This document shows positions 22,830-32,908 of a stretch of 64,000 nucleotides of DNA, piece after piece (the stretch's first letter is position 1; every line of letters begins with the position of its first letter). Position numbers and translations under genes: made by a program. The DNA comes from Ostreococcus lucimarinus. Lineage: Eukaryota. A model generated the notes under the pieces. That model was given only the letters and a program-made list of their open reading frames with translations. It searched no databases and was not told the DNA's origin. The stretch lies in assembly GCA_000092065.1 (NCBI GenBank), contig CP000599.1; one strand, 5' to 3'.

Positions 22830-23381
22830 GCGTTCAAACCTCGCCACGTCCGCCGCGCTCGCGACCGCGCGACACGTCGGACACGTCGGACGCGTCACCG
22901 CGCTCCCCCCCTCCCCCCCCCCTTTCGCCCACTTCAAAAAGCACGCGCCGTGAAACGCGTGCCAACACGCGTCCAACCGCGCGCGCGTCTCGCGCGTCGC
23001 CGCCTCGCGACAAATCGCGCACCGCCTCGCCGCGCGTCCCATCGCCCGCGCGCGCGCTCGAGCCGCGCCCAGCACCGCCACGAGATATCCCTCCGTCCGT
23101 TCGAACGCCTCGGCGTCGCGCGCGATCGCCGCCGCGAGCGCGCTCGCCGCGTCGTCGTCGTCCGCGCCTCTGGTGTGTGTAATCATAATCGTCGTCTCAC
23201 TGTTTGGCCATAGGTGTGGATTCGCAATCGTCACGACGACGTCGCACGACGCGTCGGCGTCGTCCCGGTCGTCGGCGCTCGTCGCGCGGTGCGCGACGAC
23301 GACGCGGTCGGTCGTTCGCGACACCGACGGCGCGACGCCGAGGTAGACGCGCGCGGCGTCGAGCTCGGCGTCGAGCGCCAT
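22416..23381 (-). CDS. RING-H2 (C3H2C3) zinc-finger protein, probable E3 ubiquitin ligase
   Basis: CAICREAATRETRARLDACWHAFHGACFLKWAKGGG...TCPTCR fits C-x2-C-x11-C-x-H-x2-H-x2-C-x19-C-x2-C. ATG (MALDAELD) is the reverse complement at 23379-23381. The upstream part of the ORF is spurious. Confidence 0.65.
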
Positions 23382-23580
23382 GGTGTGCGGCGTCGGCGGC
23401 GCGCGCGGGTGACATAGAGTGTTAGGGGTGCGCACTACGACGTTTGGTATCGTATATTGATCGATATTCGTCCTTCGACGCGCGTTCGCGCGCGCGTATC
23501 TGCGCTCGACTCGGCGTCGCGCAACACCTTCCCCCCGCGCGCGCGCGCGCGCGACGGCGCGACGCGACCGACGACGCGCG

Positions 23581-23612
<32 letters not shown>

Positions 23613-23656
23613 CGACGGGGCGCGACGGTCGCGGGACGCGCGCGATCGAGCGCGCG

Positions 23657-24940
23657 ATGGCGACGCGCGAAGGCGGCGCGAAGAAGAATCGCGGCGCGAG
23701 AATCGCGAAACCCTCGATCGACGCGACGATCGTCGGTGGCGCGTGCGTCGTCGCGCTCGCGGGACGCGCGCGCGCGGTGCTCGCGGGAGACGTCCCGTCG
23801 GGGGGCGGCTCGGCCGTGGACGGGTACTTCAACTCCGAGAGCACGCTGAAGAGCGCGGTGGACGCGTGCTGGAGCTCGTCGACGACGGTGAACGCGGCGT
23901 GCGCGGACGGCGCGGTCGGCATCGCGGATTGGAACGTCGGCGACGTGACGAGCATGCGTGACATGTTCTCCGAAAAGGAGGGCTTTAACGCCGACTTGAG
24001 TCGTTGGAACACGAAGTCGGTGACGACCATGAGTGCCATGTTCAACGGCGCGACGAGCTTCAACGGCGACATGCCGAACTGGAACGTCGAGAAGGTGACG
24101 CACATGACTCACATGTTCCGAGACGCGACGAGCTTCAACGGCGACATGCCGAACTGGAACGTCGAGGCGGTGACGAACATGGCTCAAGTGTTCTCCGGCG
24201 CGACGAGCTTCAACGGCGACATCTCGAACTGGAACCCGAAGGCGGTGACGGGCATGTATCGCACGTTCTACGGCGCGACGAGCTTCAACGGCGACATCTC
24301 GAACTGGAACGTCGAGGCGGTGAAGGACATGAGTCAAGTGTTCAACGGCGCGACGAGCTTCAACGGCGACATCTCGAACTGGAACGTCGAGGCGGTGACG
24401 AGCATGCGTGACATGTTCTACGGCGCGACGAACTTCAACGGCGACATCTCAAACTGGAACCCGAAGGCGGTGAAGGACATGAATCAAATGTTCCGAGACG
24501 CGACGAGCTTCAACGGCGACATCTCCGCGTGGAACATCCAAGCCGTTACGGACATGTCTAACATGTTCAACAACGCGCGGGCTTTCGCGCGAGACATCAC
24601 GGGCTGGAACGCGGCGGCGATCGCCGCCGCGCGCGACGCCACCAAAGTTTCCGGCATGTTCAAGAACGCCACGGCGTGGCGCGCGATCTACACCAACACG
24701 CAGACGTCTTACTTTTCGGCGAACGACGGCCCGCCGCATTTGTGGACCGCCGGCGCCGCCGCTCCCGGCGCCGGCGCCGCCGCTCCCGGCGCCTCCGTCG
24801 CAGACTTCCCCGAGTGGGGCGTCGCCCTCGTCGCCCTCTCGCTCGCGCTCTCCACGATCACGTCCATCGTCGTCATCGCGCGCGCGCTGTGCGCGCCCAA
24901 GATTCTCGTTCCCGCCGCGCGGTGGTCCGCGCGCGTCTGA
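23657..24940 (+). CDS. DUF285 (Mycoplasma-type) repeat protein with signal anchor and C-terminal TM helix; putative surface protein
   Basis: At least 10 tandem ~26-aa repeats of the type ATSFNGDISNWNVEAVTDMSQVF, typical of Pfam DUF285. N-terminal hydrophobic segment IVGGACVVALAGRA and C-terminal TM WGVALVALSLALSTITSIVVIA. Confidence 0.75.
   Translation: MATREGGAKKNRGARIAKPSIDATIVGGACVVALAGRARAVLAGDVPSGGGSAVDGYFNSESTLKSAVDACWSSSTTVNAACADGAVGIADWNVGDVTSMRDMFSEKEGFNADLSRWNTKSVTTMSAMFNGATSFNGDMPNWNVEKVTHMTHMFRDATSFNGDMPNWNVEAVTNMAQVFSGATSFNGDISNWNPKAVTGMYRTFYGATSFNGDISNWNVEAVKDMSQVFNGATSFNGDISNWNVEAVTSMRDMFYGATNFNGDISNWNPKAVKDMNQMFRDATSFNGDISAWNIQAVTDMSNMFNNARAFARDITGWNAAAIAAARDATKVSGMFKNATAWRAIYTNTQTSYFSANDGPPHLWTAGAAAPGAGAAAPGASVADFPEWGVALVALSLALSTITSIVVIARALCAPKILVPAARWSARV
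24040..24560. repeat. ~78-bp periodic tandem repeat at DNA level inside the DUF285 CDS
   Basis: gagcttcaacggcgacat[gc/ct]cgaactggaacgtcgaggcggtga[cg/ag]gacatg recurs about 7 times with high nucleotide identity. Confidence 0.8.
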
Positions 24941-25128
24941 GCGCGCCGTCGGCGCGACTTCGACGTCGACGCAACTTTTTATCCACGCAATCAACATCCA
25001 TGCACCGCATTAAACCGTCTTCGAACGCCGCGCGCTCGACGAACCGCGATCGCGGCGCCGACCCTCGACGCGGCGTTCGATACCGACGCCGCGTTCACGG
25101 AGCGCGCCAACGCGCACCTCTGGAACCT

Positions 25129-25368
25129 ATGAATGACGCGAATCGCGCATCAGATACCGCATTCACGCGCTCTAACGCGTACATCTCAACCCTGATCCGC
25201 GCGATAAATGACGCGAATCGCGCATCAGATACCGCATTCACGCGCTCTAACGCGTACATCTCAACCCTGATCCGCGCGATAAATGACGCGAATCGCGCAT
25301 CAGATACCGCATTCACGCGCTCTAACGCGTACATCTCAACCCTGATCCGCGCGATAAATGACGCGAAT
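25129..25368. repeat. 75-bp minisatellite, 3 copies
   Basis: Unit catcagataccgcattcacgcgctctaacgcgtacatctcaaccctgatccgcgcgataaatgacgcgaatcgcg repeated three times, between the DUF285 gene and the MiaB-like gene. It generates the spurious repeat ORF 25095..25334. Confidence 0.9.
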
Positions 25369-25498
25369 CCCTCGCGCCGCGCGCGGCCGCGGCGTCGGCG
25401 CGACGTCGCACTCGCGCGCGCGCTCGACGCCCGACCGCCGCTCTCGCGCGCGCGCGCCGAATCCGCGCCCTCGCCGAATCCGCGCGCGCTCGCGAGCG

Positions 25499-27328
25499 AT
25501 GGCGACGCCGCGCGCGGCGGCGGCGGCGGTGGCGGCGCGACCGTCGACGCCGCGCCGACGCGCGCGCGCGCGCGCGGGCGACGGGCGACACCTCGACGCG
25601 ACGGCGGACGCGGTGCGCGCGGCGGGCGTCGCGGCGCGGCGCGCGGCGCCGCGAACGGGACGCGCGGAGGACGGGGAGGAGGACGCGCGGGGGCGACGCG
25701 CGGTGTACGTGGAGACGTACGGGTGCCAGATGAACGTGAACGACTCGGAGGTGATGATGGCGGTGCTCGAGGGCGCGGGGTACGACGAGACGAAGGAGGT
25801 GAACGACGCGGACGTGATTCTGATCAACACGTGCGCGATTCGGGATAAGGCGGAGGCGAAAATTTGGCAGCGGTTGGCGTACTTTCGATCGCTGGGGAAC
25901 GGGAAGAAACGGAGCGAAAAGCCGGTGGTGGGCGTGCTGGGATGCATGGCGGAGAGGATCAAGGAGAAGTTGTTGGAGGCGGATAGGCTGGCGGACATCG
26001 TGGCGGGACCGGACGCGTATAGGGATTTGCCGAATCTCATCGACGCCGTCGTCGGGAATCCGGGAGGGAAGGCGATGAACGTGCAGTTGAGCGTGGAGGA
26101 GACGTACGCGGACATCATTCCCGTGCGCGAGGCGGGGTCGCACTCGGCTTTTGTCACCATCATGCGCGGGTGCGACAACGCGTGCGCGTTTTGCATCGTG
26201 CCGTACACGCGCGGACGCGAGCGCTCGCGCGATTTGGCGAGCATCATGTACGAGATTCGTCTTTTGAGCGAACAAGGGGTGAAAGAGGTCACTTTGCTCG
26301 GGCAAAACGTGAACTCGTACGCGGGAGAGCCCGCGAGCGCGACGACGACGGATTTCTTGAGCTCACTGCGAGGCGAATCCAAAGACCCGATCGCCGAGCT
26401 CGCGAACGCGTCGACGGAACGTTTGGCGAGCGCGAGCGGTAGCGCGTTCGTCGGCTACGCCGATGGCTTCGCGAGTCGGTACGATCCCGAGCGCAAGCGA
26501 GCGGGGACGATTCAATTCGCCGAGTTGCTCGATAAAGTCGCGAGCGTGGATCCCGAGATGCGCATTCGTTTCACGTCGCCGCACCCGAAGGATTTCCCCG
26601 ACGACGTCTTGCGAGTGATTCGCGATCGACCCAACGTGTCGAAGTGCTTGCACATGCCCGCGCAGAGCGGGTCGTCGGCTACCTTGGAGCGCATGGCGCG
26701 TGGGTACACGCGCGAGTCTTACTTTGCCCTCATCGATCGCGTCAAGGCGATGATTCCGGGGTGCGCCATCACCACGGATATCATCAGCGGCTTTTGCGGC
26801 GAGACCGAGGACGATCACGAGGACACCGTGAGTTTGATGAGCGCGATCGGATACGAACAAGCGTTCATGTTCGCTTACAGCGAACGCGAGGGCACGGCGG
26901 GGCAAAGACACCAAATCGACGACGTCCCCGAAGACGTGAAGCAGCGGCGTCTGCAGGAAGTCATCGACGCCTTTCGAGCGCGCGCGGCGGAGAAGCAACA
27001 GATGGAGATCGGTTCCACGCATTGCGTGTTGGTGGAGGGTCCGAGTAAGAAAAACTCCGACGAGTGGACGGGGAAGACGGACACATCGAAGTGGGTGGTG
27101 TTCGAAAAGAATGATGCCATCGGCAAGTACGCCGGCGACGAAGACGCGCCGACGAGCGGGTCGTACGGCGTCAAGCCTGGAGATTACGTCGCCGTTCGCG
27201 TCACTGGGTGCAGTACGGGGACGTTATTTGGTCAAGTTCTCGGTAAGACGAGTTTGGTAGAGTTTCAAAACTTGCACGGCGCGCAGTGGACGACGCCAAA
27301 GTCGAGCAACGGCGCGAGCGCGCGTTGA
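25499..27328 (+). CDS. MiaB/CDK5RAP1-family radical-SAM tRNA methylthiotransferase with organellar presequence
   Basis: MTTase N-domain (VYVETYGCQMNVNDSE), radical-SAM CxxxCxxC (IMRGCDNACAFCIVPYTRG) and a C-terminal TRAM domain. ATG at 25499 precedes an Ala/Arg-rich leader. Confidence 0.85.
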   Translation: MATPRAAAAAVAARPSTPRRRARARAGDGRHLDATADAVRAAGVAARRAAPRTGRAEDGEEDARGRRAVYVETYGCQMNVNDSEVMMAVLEGAGYDETKEVNDADVILINTCAIRDKAEAKIWQRLAYFRSLGNGKKRSEKPVVGVLGCMAERIKEKLLEADRLADIVAGPDAYRDLPNLIDAVVGNPGGKAMNVQLSVEETYADIIPVREAGSHSAFVTIMRGCDNACAFCIVPYTRGRERSRDLASIMYEIRLLSEQGVKEVTLLGQNVNSYAGEPASATTTDFLSSLRGESKDPIAELANASTERLASASGSAFVGYADGFASRYDPERKRAGTIQFAELLDKVASVDPEMRIRFTSPHPKDFPDDVLRVIRDRPNVSKCLHMPAQSGSSATLERMARGYTRESYFALIDRVKAMIPGCAITTDIISGFCGETEDDHEDTVSLMSAIGYEQAFMFAYSEREGTAGQRHQIDDVPEDVKQRRLQEVIDAFRARAAEKQQMEIGSTHCVLVEGPSKKNSDEWTGKTDTSKWVVFEKNDAIGKYAGDEDAPTSGSYGVKPGDYVAVRVTGCSTGTLFGQVLGKTSLVEFQNLHGAQWTTPKSSNGASAR

Positions 27329-27366
27329 CGCGAGCGATGTAAAATTACACACAATCTAATCATTAT

Positions 27367-29283
27367 TCATCTTTCGTCGACGACCGATTCTTCTTCCGCT
27401 TCATCCTTCGCCCGCACGTATCGTCTCTTCAAGCCGAGCGCCAACGCGACGTCTTCCGCGACGTCTTCTGCTCGAGTGTCCACGACGCACGTGACGTAAA
27501 ACGGTCCCTCCTGCCCCGTGCGCGCCGTGCGTCCGCATCGGTGCACGTGCATCTCCATGGACGGCGCCGCGCCGTACTGCACGACGTGATGTAATTGCGG
27601 AAAATCGATTCCACGCGCCGCGAGATCGGTGCACACGCACGTGGTGAGCTCACCGGAGATGAAATCGTCGAGGACGACGCCGCGCTCCTTCGCCTTGCCG
27701 TGAAACGCGAGCGCGACGACGTCGCGCTCGTCGAGTTTTTGCACGACTTCATCCGCCTCTTCGGGAGAGTTGACGAAGATGAGCGTTTTGTACTGTTTGT
27801 GCCGTTCGAGCGCGTCGGCCAAGGCGGCGAATTTCGCCTCGGCACCGTCGACGTCGTCCACGCGCGTCTTGAGCTGCGGATGCACGCGACCGAATTGCGC
27901 CGTCGAGATCCACTCGAATTCGTCCGCCGCTTCCGCCGGAAATGCGTCGAGCAGAGGCTGCGCCTCGCGCATCGTAGCCGCGGCGAAAACGTACTGCACG
28001 CGCGCGTCGAATCGATTGACCCCACCCTCGCCGTACGTCGCGGCGATGATACCGCCGACGTCGCGAGCGAAACCGCTCGACAACATTTCATCCGCCTCGT
28101 CCACGACGACGTGACGCAAACGACCGAGCAACACCCACTCGTCTTTGATGAGTTTCAGCAAGCGCGCGGGCGTGCACACGAGGATATCGGCGTTGCGAAA
28201 TTCCGGAATCGCCTCCTCGTCTCCCGCGAGCTTCGACTTGTCCGCCGACGTGGATTTCGTCTTTTTCGCTTTGCCCGTCTTGGCGCCGCCCTTGGATTTC
28301 GGTCTCACCAACTTCTTCTCCTTCCCGAGCAGCGCGAACACGCTCGGCGTCGGCACGTCCGCGCTCGCGCTGCTCCAATACGCCGCGAGTTCGGCGGCGT
28401 GCGCGACCTGTCTCCCCAGCTCCACGCTCGGCGTCAACGCGACGCACGCGGGACAACATCGTCCGCTTCGCTTCGTCCCTTTCCTCCCCGGCGTCGTCAT
28501 CGACGCCAATATCGGCAGCAGGTACGCGAACGTCTTCCCCGACCCCGTCTCCGCGAGCAACACCGCGGACTTCCCCCGAACGAGCTCCGGAATCGCCAAT
28601 CGCTGAATCTCCGTCGTCCGCCGCAACCCGGCGTCTCGCGCGTTCGCCGCCAATCCCGCCGGCAATCCCGCCCTCTCGAGCGCGTTCGCCCCCCCCGAAT
28701 CCCCATTCGCGCCCTCTCGCGCCTCTCTCTCCGCGCGCCGCGCGTCCCTCGCCCTTCTCGCCGCCTCCCACGGCCGTTCCGTCCCTCGCTTATACGCCGT
28801 CGCCGCCTTTCCCGAATCCGCCCTCGTCGTCTCCGACCCCCCGTCTCGCCGTCGAATCCTCCCATCCACCGCCCGCGCGTCGACGTCCTCCCCCATCATT
28901 CGCGCCCATCCGCTCAGGCCCTCGTCCTCGCCCCAGTACGCGTCTCGCGCGCGCGTCGCGTCGCCTCTTCTCGTCGCGTCGCGTCGTCGCGTCGCCCTCG
29001 CGAGCGCCGCCGCGCTCGCCGCGCGAAATCCCGCCTCGTCGTCGTCGTCGTCGCTTCGGCGCGCGTTTGAGTCGCGCGTCAATCGCGCGTATTTCGCGTC
29101 GTTCGTCGACGCCCACGAGCGCGCGCGCGGCCGTCGCGCGTCGAGGGCGTCGTCGCCGTCGCGCGTCGAGCCGGCGGCGGCGACGACTCGTCGCGTCGTG
29201 TTCGCGTCCGCGCGCCGCGACGCGACGGGAAAACGACGCGACGACGCGACGGGCGTCGCGCGCGGCGCGAATCGCGCGGGCAT
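27367..29283 (-). CDS. DEAD-box ATP-dependent RNA helicase with long N-terminal extension
   Basis: Motif I AETGSGKT, DEAD (VVDEADEML), and motif VI HRCGRTARTG. Its 3' end lies 38 nt from the MiaB stop. Confidence 0.8.
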   Translation of the reverse strand: MPARFAPRATPVASSRRFPVASRRADANTTRRVVAAAGSTRDGDDALDARRPRARSWASTNDAKYARLTRDSNARRSDDDDDEAGFRAASAAALARATRRRDATRRGDATRARDAYWGEDEGLSGWARMMGEDVDARAVDGRIRRRDGGSETTRADSGKAATAYKRGTERPWEAARRARDARRAEREAREGANGDSGGANALERAGLPAGLAANARDAGLRRTTEIQRLAIPELVRGKSAVLLAETGSGKTFAYLLPILASMTTPGRKGTKRSGRCCPACVALTPSVELGRQVAHAAELAAYWSSASADVPTPSVFALLGKEKKLVRPKSKGGAKTGKAKKTKSTSADKSKLAGDEEAIPEFRNADILVCTPARLLKLIKDEWVLLGRLRHVVVDEADEMLSSGFARDVGGIIAATYGEGGVNRFDARVQYVFAAATMREAQPLLDAFPAEAADEFEWISTAQFGRVHPQLKTRVDDVDGAEAKFAALADALERHKQYKTLIFVNSPEEADEVVQKLDERDVVALAFHGKAKERGVVLDDFISGELTTCVCTDLAARGIDFPQLHHVVQYGAAPSMEMHVHRCGRTARTGQEGPFYVTCVVDTRAEDVAEDVALALGLKRRYVRAKDEAEEESVVDER

Positions 29284-29630
29284 CGCGCGCTCGACGCGCG
29301 CGCGGGAGCGCGGTCGCGAGGTCGGCGCGGCGCGCGACCGATTCGATGCGATACTCCATCATGGGGTTAAAATATATTTATATATGTACTGGTTCGTCTA
29401 TGGGTTTGTGTGTATTTATATATGTACCGTATGTCCGATGTGTATATTTATGTATAGACGCACACACGACGCCATTCGAGGGTTTCGCGCTGTGCGACGC
29501 GCGACCGCACCTCGCGACGCGACGCGCGACGACGAACGACGCGTCGCGAAACGCGCGCGCACGTTTATTTACCGCCGCTCGACGCGACCGCCGAAGCTCG
29601 CTCGACGCGACCGCGACGCACACGCGGACG

Positions 29631-30542
29631 ATGATGACGACGACGACGACGACGCCGGCGCGCGCGACGGCGACGCGGGCGACGCTCGCCGCGCGACGCG
29701 CGACGTCGATTCGCGGCGCGCGATGCGCGCGACCGACGCACACTGCGACGCTTCAACGCTCAACGCGTCGAGCGCGCGTCGAGATCGCGTGCAGCGCGAC
29801 GAAGACGGCGCACTCGTACAGCCACACGAACAAGAAGGGTTTGTCGGCGTACGTCGAGCGCGCGAGCGCGCGACAGACGAAGCGCGATCTGATCCCGTTC
29901 CGAGTCGGGATGACGCTGAGGGTGGGCGTGACGGTGAAAGAAGGGAATAAGACGCGGGTGCAACCCTTCGAGGGGGTGGTGATCGGGATTCACCGCGCGG
30001 GCGTGGCGACGACGGTGACGGTGCGGAAAACCTTGCAGGGGTTCGGCGTGGAGCGAGTGTTTCCGGTGCACTCGCCGTTGTGCACGTTCGAGGAGGTTCG
30101 CGGCGCGGGTAAACCGGTGGTACGTATTTTATTGAGCGTCGACGCGGGCGCGACGGCGCGACGGCGCGACGCGGGACGCGCGAGGACGCGAGACGCGACG
30201 CGCGCGGATAACCCTCGAGCCGCGCGACGCGGACGACTGACCTCGAGCGATCTCTTCTTCATTTTCTCCGCGCAGGTTCGTCGCGCGAAATTATTCTACC
30301 TCCGCCGATTGGTGGGCAAACAAGCGCGCCTGAAGACGCGCTTCGTGTCCAAGCGCGAGGGCAAGACGAGACACGAGATCAAGATGGAAGCCATGCGCGC
30401 CGAGGACGCGCGTCTGCAAGCCGTCGCCGACGCCGAAGCCGCCGCCGCCGCCGCCGCCGCCGAGGCCGCCGCCGCCGCCGAGGCCGCCGCCGCCGAGGCC
30501 GCCGCCGCCGAGGCCGCGTCTTCGGAGGAACCCGCGGAGTAG
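29631..30542 (+). CDS. RPL19: organellar (plastid-type) ribosomal protein bL19 with presequence and Ala/Glu-rich C-terminal tail; exons 29631..30119 and 30276..30542
   Basis: bL19 core IPFRVGMTLRVGVTVKEGNKTRVQPFEGVVIGIHRAGVATTVTVRKTLQGFGVERVFPVHSP... continues as ...RRAKLFYLRRLVGKQARLK only if 30120..30275 is removed. That segment begins gtacgt, ends ctccgcgcag, contains gacgactgac, and is 156 nt with no stop, which is why the ORF track reads straight through it. Confidence 0.8.
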   Translation: MMTTTTTTPARATATRATLAARRATSIRGARCARPTHTATLQRSTRRARVEIACSATKTAHSYSHTNKKGLSAYVERASARQTKRDLIPFRVGMTLRVGVTVKEGNKTRVQPFEGVVIGIHRAGVATTVTVRKTLQGFGVERVFPVHSPLCTFEEVRGAGKPVVRILLSVDAGATARRRDAGRARTRDATRADNPRAARRGRLTSSDLFFIFSAQVRRAKLFYLRRLVGKQARLKTRFVSKREGKTRHEIKMEAMRAEDARLQAVADAEAAAAAAAAEAAAAAEAAAAEAAAAEAASSEEPAE

Positions 30543-30753
30543 AGCTTTTAACGCATCGATTCATCACCACGAACGCGTCTTCGCCTCGACGCCCGGCGCC
30601 CGGCGCCGCGCCCCCCCCGGTCACCCTCGCGTCGTCGCGATATCCCTCTTTCACCACCCCGAATACGTACTCAAACCTCATATTTTACCCAACTGTAAAC
30701 CTAACGAATCCCACTCGCCGCGCCATCGCGCCGCACTCCGCGACGCGCGCGCC

Positions 30754-31355
30754 ATGGCCGCCACGATCACGCTCCGCTCGTCCGACGACGAGACCTTCGA
30801 GGTCGACGAGGACGTCGCTTTGTGCGTGCCCGCGCGTGTCGCGACGCGCGAATCGCGACGCGCGAATCGCGACGAAGGAATCGCGTCGAACGATTCGAAA
30901 CCTCGACGACCGACGACCGACGACCGAGGACTGACGAGACGCGACGACGACGCGCGCGCGACGACAGCCTGTCGGAGACGATTAAATCCATCATCGAGGA
31001 CACGGAGAACGACGCGCCGGTGCCGCTGCCGAACGTGAACTCGAAGATTTTGACCAAGGTGATCGAGTACTGCAAGTATCACGTCAAGGCGAAGAAGGAG
31101 AACGAATCCGAGGCGAACGTGAAGGCGTTCAACAACGATTTCGTCAAGGTGGACCAGGCGACGCTGTTTGAAATCATTCTGGCGGCGAATTACTTGAACA
31201 TGAAGGGGCTGCTGGACTTGACGTGCATGACGGTGGCGAACATGATGAAGGGGAAGACGCCGGAGGAGATTCGTAAGACGTTTAACATCAAGAATGATTT
31301 CACGCCCGAGGAGGAAGAGGAGGTTAGGAAGGAAAATCAATGGGCGTTCGATTAA
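30754..31355 (+). CDS. SKP1: SKP1 (SCF ubiquitin-ligase adaptor); exons 30754..30821 and 30968..31355
   Basis: Exon 1 [23 protein letters not shown] phase-2 intron starts gtgcgtg at 30822 and ends cgacgacag at 30967, with ggactgac 30 nt upstream. Exon 2 [38 protein letters not shown]...[24 protein letters not shown] is canonical SKP1. The track shows the two exons as separate ORFs. Confidence 0.85.
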
Positions 31356-31512
31356 TCGACGGTGACGACGAGACGAGACGAGACGACGAACGACGAACGA
31401 CGAGACGAGACGACGAGACTCGAAAAATTTACTGTATCATGAACAACACGATTAGCTAGCGATGACGATGAGAATACGACGACGAAAGAAAACGCATCTT
31501 CAAAACGCCGCG

Positions 31513-32793
31513 TCACAAGTACTCGTTCGCCTTCATCTCCGCGAGCTCGGGTAAGGACACTTCGATCTCGATTTCTTCCTCCTCGCCCTTGGCCGCGAAC
31601 GACGACGTCTTGATCGTCCACGGTCCGCGGGGCTTGCGAACCTCGGTCAAGTCACCGTTTTCGCCCGCGGGCGCGCATTCGAATCCTTCGTCGCGTCGCG
31701 CCAATTGCGCGACGGCTTTCATCGCGAGTTCGAACGCCTGAAGCTCGATGATCGCCGGTCGGGAAATCTCGAGATTGTCGCCGGATTCCTCGTCTAGGGC
31801 GATTTTAAAGAATAGCGGCCACAACACGCCGCCGACTTCACCCTCCGCCGCGACTAACGGCCAATCGTGCGCGTCGCGCGCGTCTAAATCCTCGAAAGGC
31901 GTCTCCACAGCGCTCGAAAACATGCACGTCTGCCCCTCCAAGCTCGGCTCGACGTCCTCGTTCCCGTGCTCGACCTCAAACGCCACCTGCGCATCCTTCA
32001 GCGTCTTGTGCACGTTGAATCCGAAGTTTTCATCCTCGAACGTCCCATCGAACGCGACGAAGCACGTCAACCGCATCGTGACGTCGTCGCGCAGCATTAA
32101 CCGGTACGCGATTTTCACCGGTCGACGCCGTTCAAGCTTACGCCGAATCCCGCACTCAGCGAACGCCTTCGCCGCGCCGAATAAACTCGCACCGAACCGA
32201 GGCGTGAACCCATCGATGGATTCCATCAATCCCGGCAAATGCTGCGTCCCCCAGACCTCGTCATTCTCGCTCGGCCGCATCTGCGGCTCGATTTGCCCTC
32301 GCACCACGTCTCGCAACACGCTCTCCGGCACCGGCGCGAAACTCACATCTCGCACGCTCGGTATTTTCGCCATCACCCCATCTCGGCATCCATTGACATA
32401 CTTACACCCATCGAACGAATCCCACTCCTCGAGCGATTTCCCCGCCAGCGCGCGCGCCGTCGCCGTGCACGCGAACGCCACGCGCGTCGGCTTCGCCGTC
32501 GTCCCCTCGCCGTCGCCCTTTTTGCTCGAATTCAGCACCTTTGGATTTTCCGCGACGCGAGACAGAAATTCGACAACCTCTTCGCACGTCGGTTCGTCGT
32601 ACACCACGTTCCCGCGCTCGTCGTCGCCGTGCGCGTGCGACAGAAATTCTCCAGTCTGCGTGCGGATGACCAAAATCAGCGTTGGACGCGTCGGTTCTTG
32701 CTCCTCGGGCGCCTTCTCGCGCGTGTCTTCCGTCGGCACCCAGGCGCGAAGTTTATGCACGTACACGTGCCACGTCACGGCGTCGCTCGCCAT
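31513..32793 (-). CDS. conserved hypothetical protein (acidic C-terminus)
   Basis: Portion of ORF 31513..33222 from the first plausible ATG (MASDAVTWHVYVHKL). No family recognised. Confidence 0.4.
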   Translation of the reverse strand: MASDAVTWHVYVHKLRAWVPTEDTREKAPEEQEPTRPTLILVIRTQTGEFLSHAHGDDERGNVVYDEPTCEEVVEFLSRVAENPKVLNSSKKGDGEGTTAKPTRVAFACTATARALAGKSLEEWDSFDGCKYVNGCRDGVMAKIPSVRDVSFAPVPESVLRDVVRGQIEPQMRPSENDEVWGTQHLPGLMESIDGFTPRFGASLFGAAKAFAECGIRRKLERRRPVKIAYRLMLRDDVTMRLTCFVAFDGTFEDENFGFNVHKTLKDAQVAFEVEHGNEDVEPSLEGQTCMFSSAVETPFEDLDARDAHDWPLVAAEGEVGGVLWPLFFKIALDEESGDNLEISRPAIIELQAFELAMKAVAQLARRDEGFECAPAGENGDLTEVRKPRGPWTIKTSSFAAKGEEEEIEIEVSLPELAEMKANEYL

Positions 32794-32908
32794 CGCGCGC
32801 GCGTTCGAAGCGTCGCGAAGTGCGGTGAGGTTTGTCCCGGTGTCCCGCGTCGGGACGCGAAACGCGCCCGCACATCGCGGCGGGCGTCCATGCGGCGCGC
32901 GCGACGCG

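Noticed and set aside
25095-25334. Repeat-derived ORF MYALERVNAVSDARFASFIARIRVE x3, and possible CRISPR-like array
   Set aside because: It is a 3 x 75-bp direct minisatellite with no unique spacers and no cas genes. The context is a eukaryotic nuclear intergenic region.
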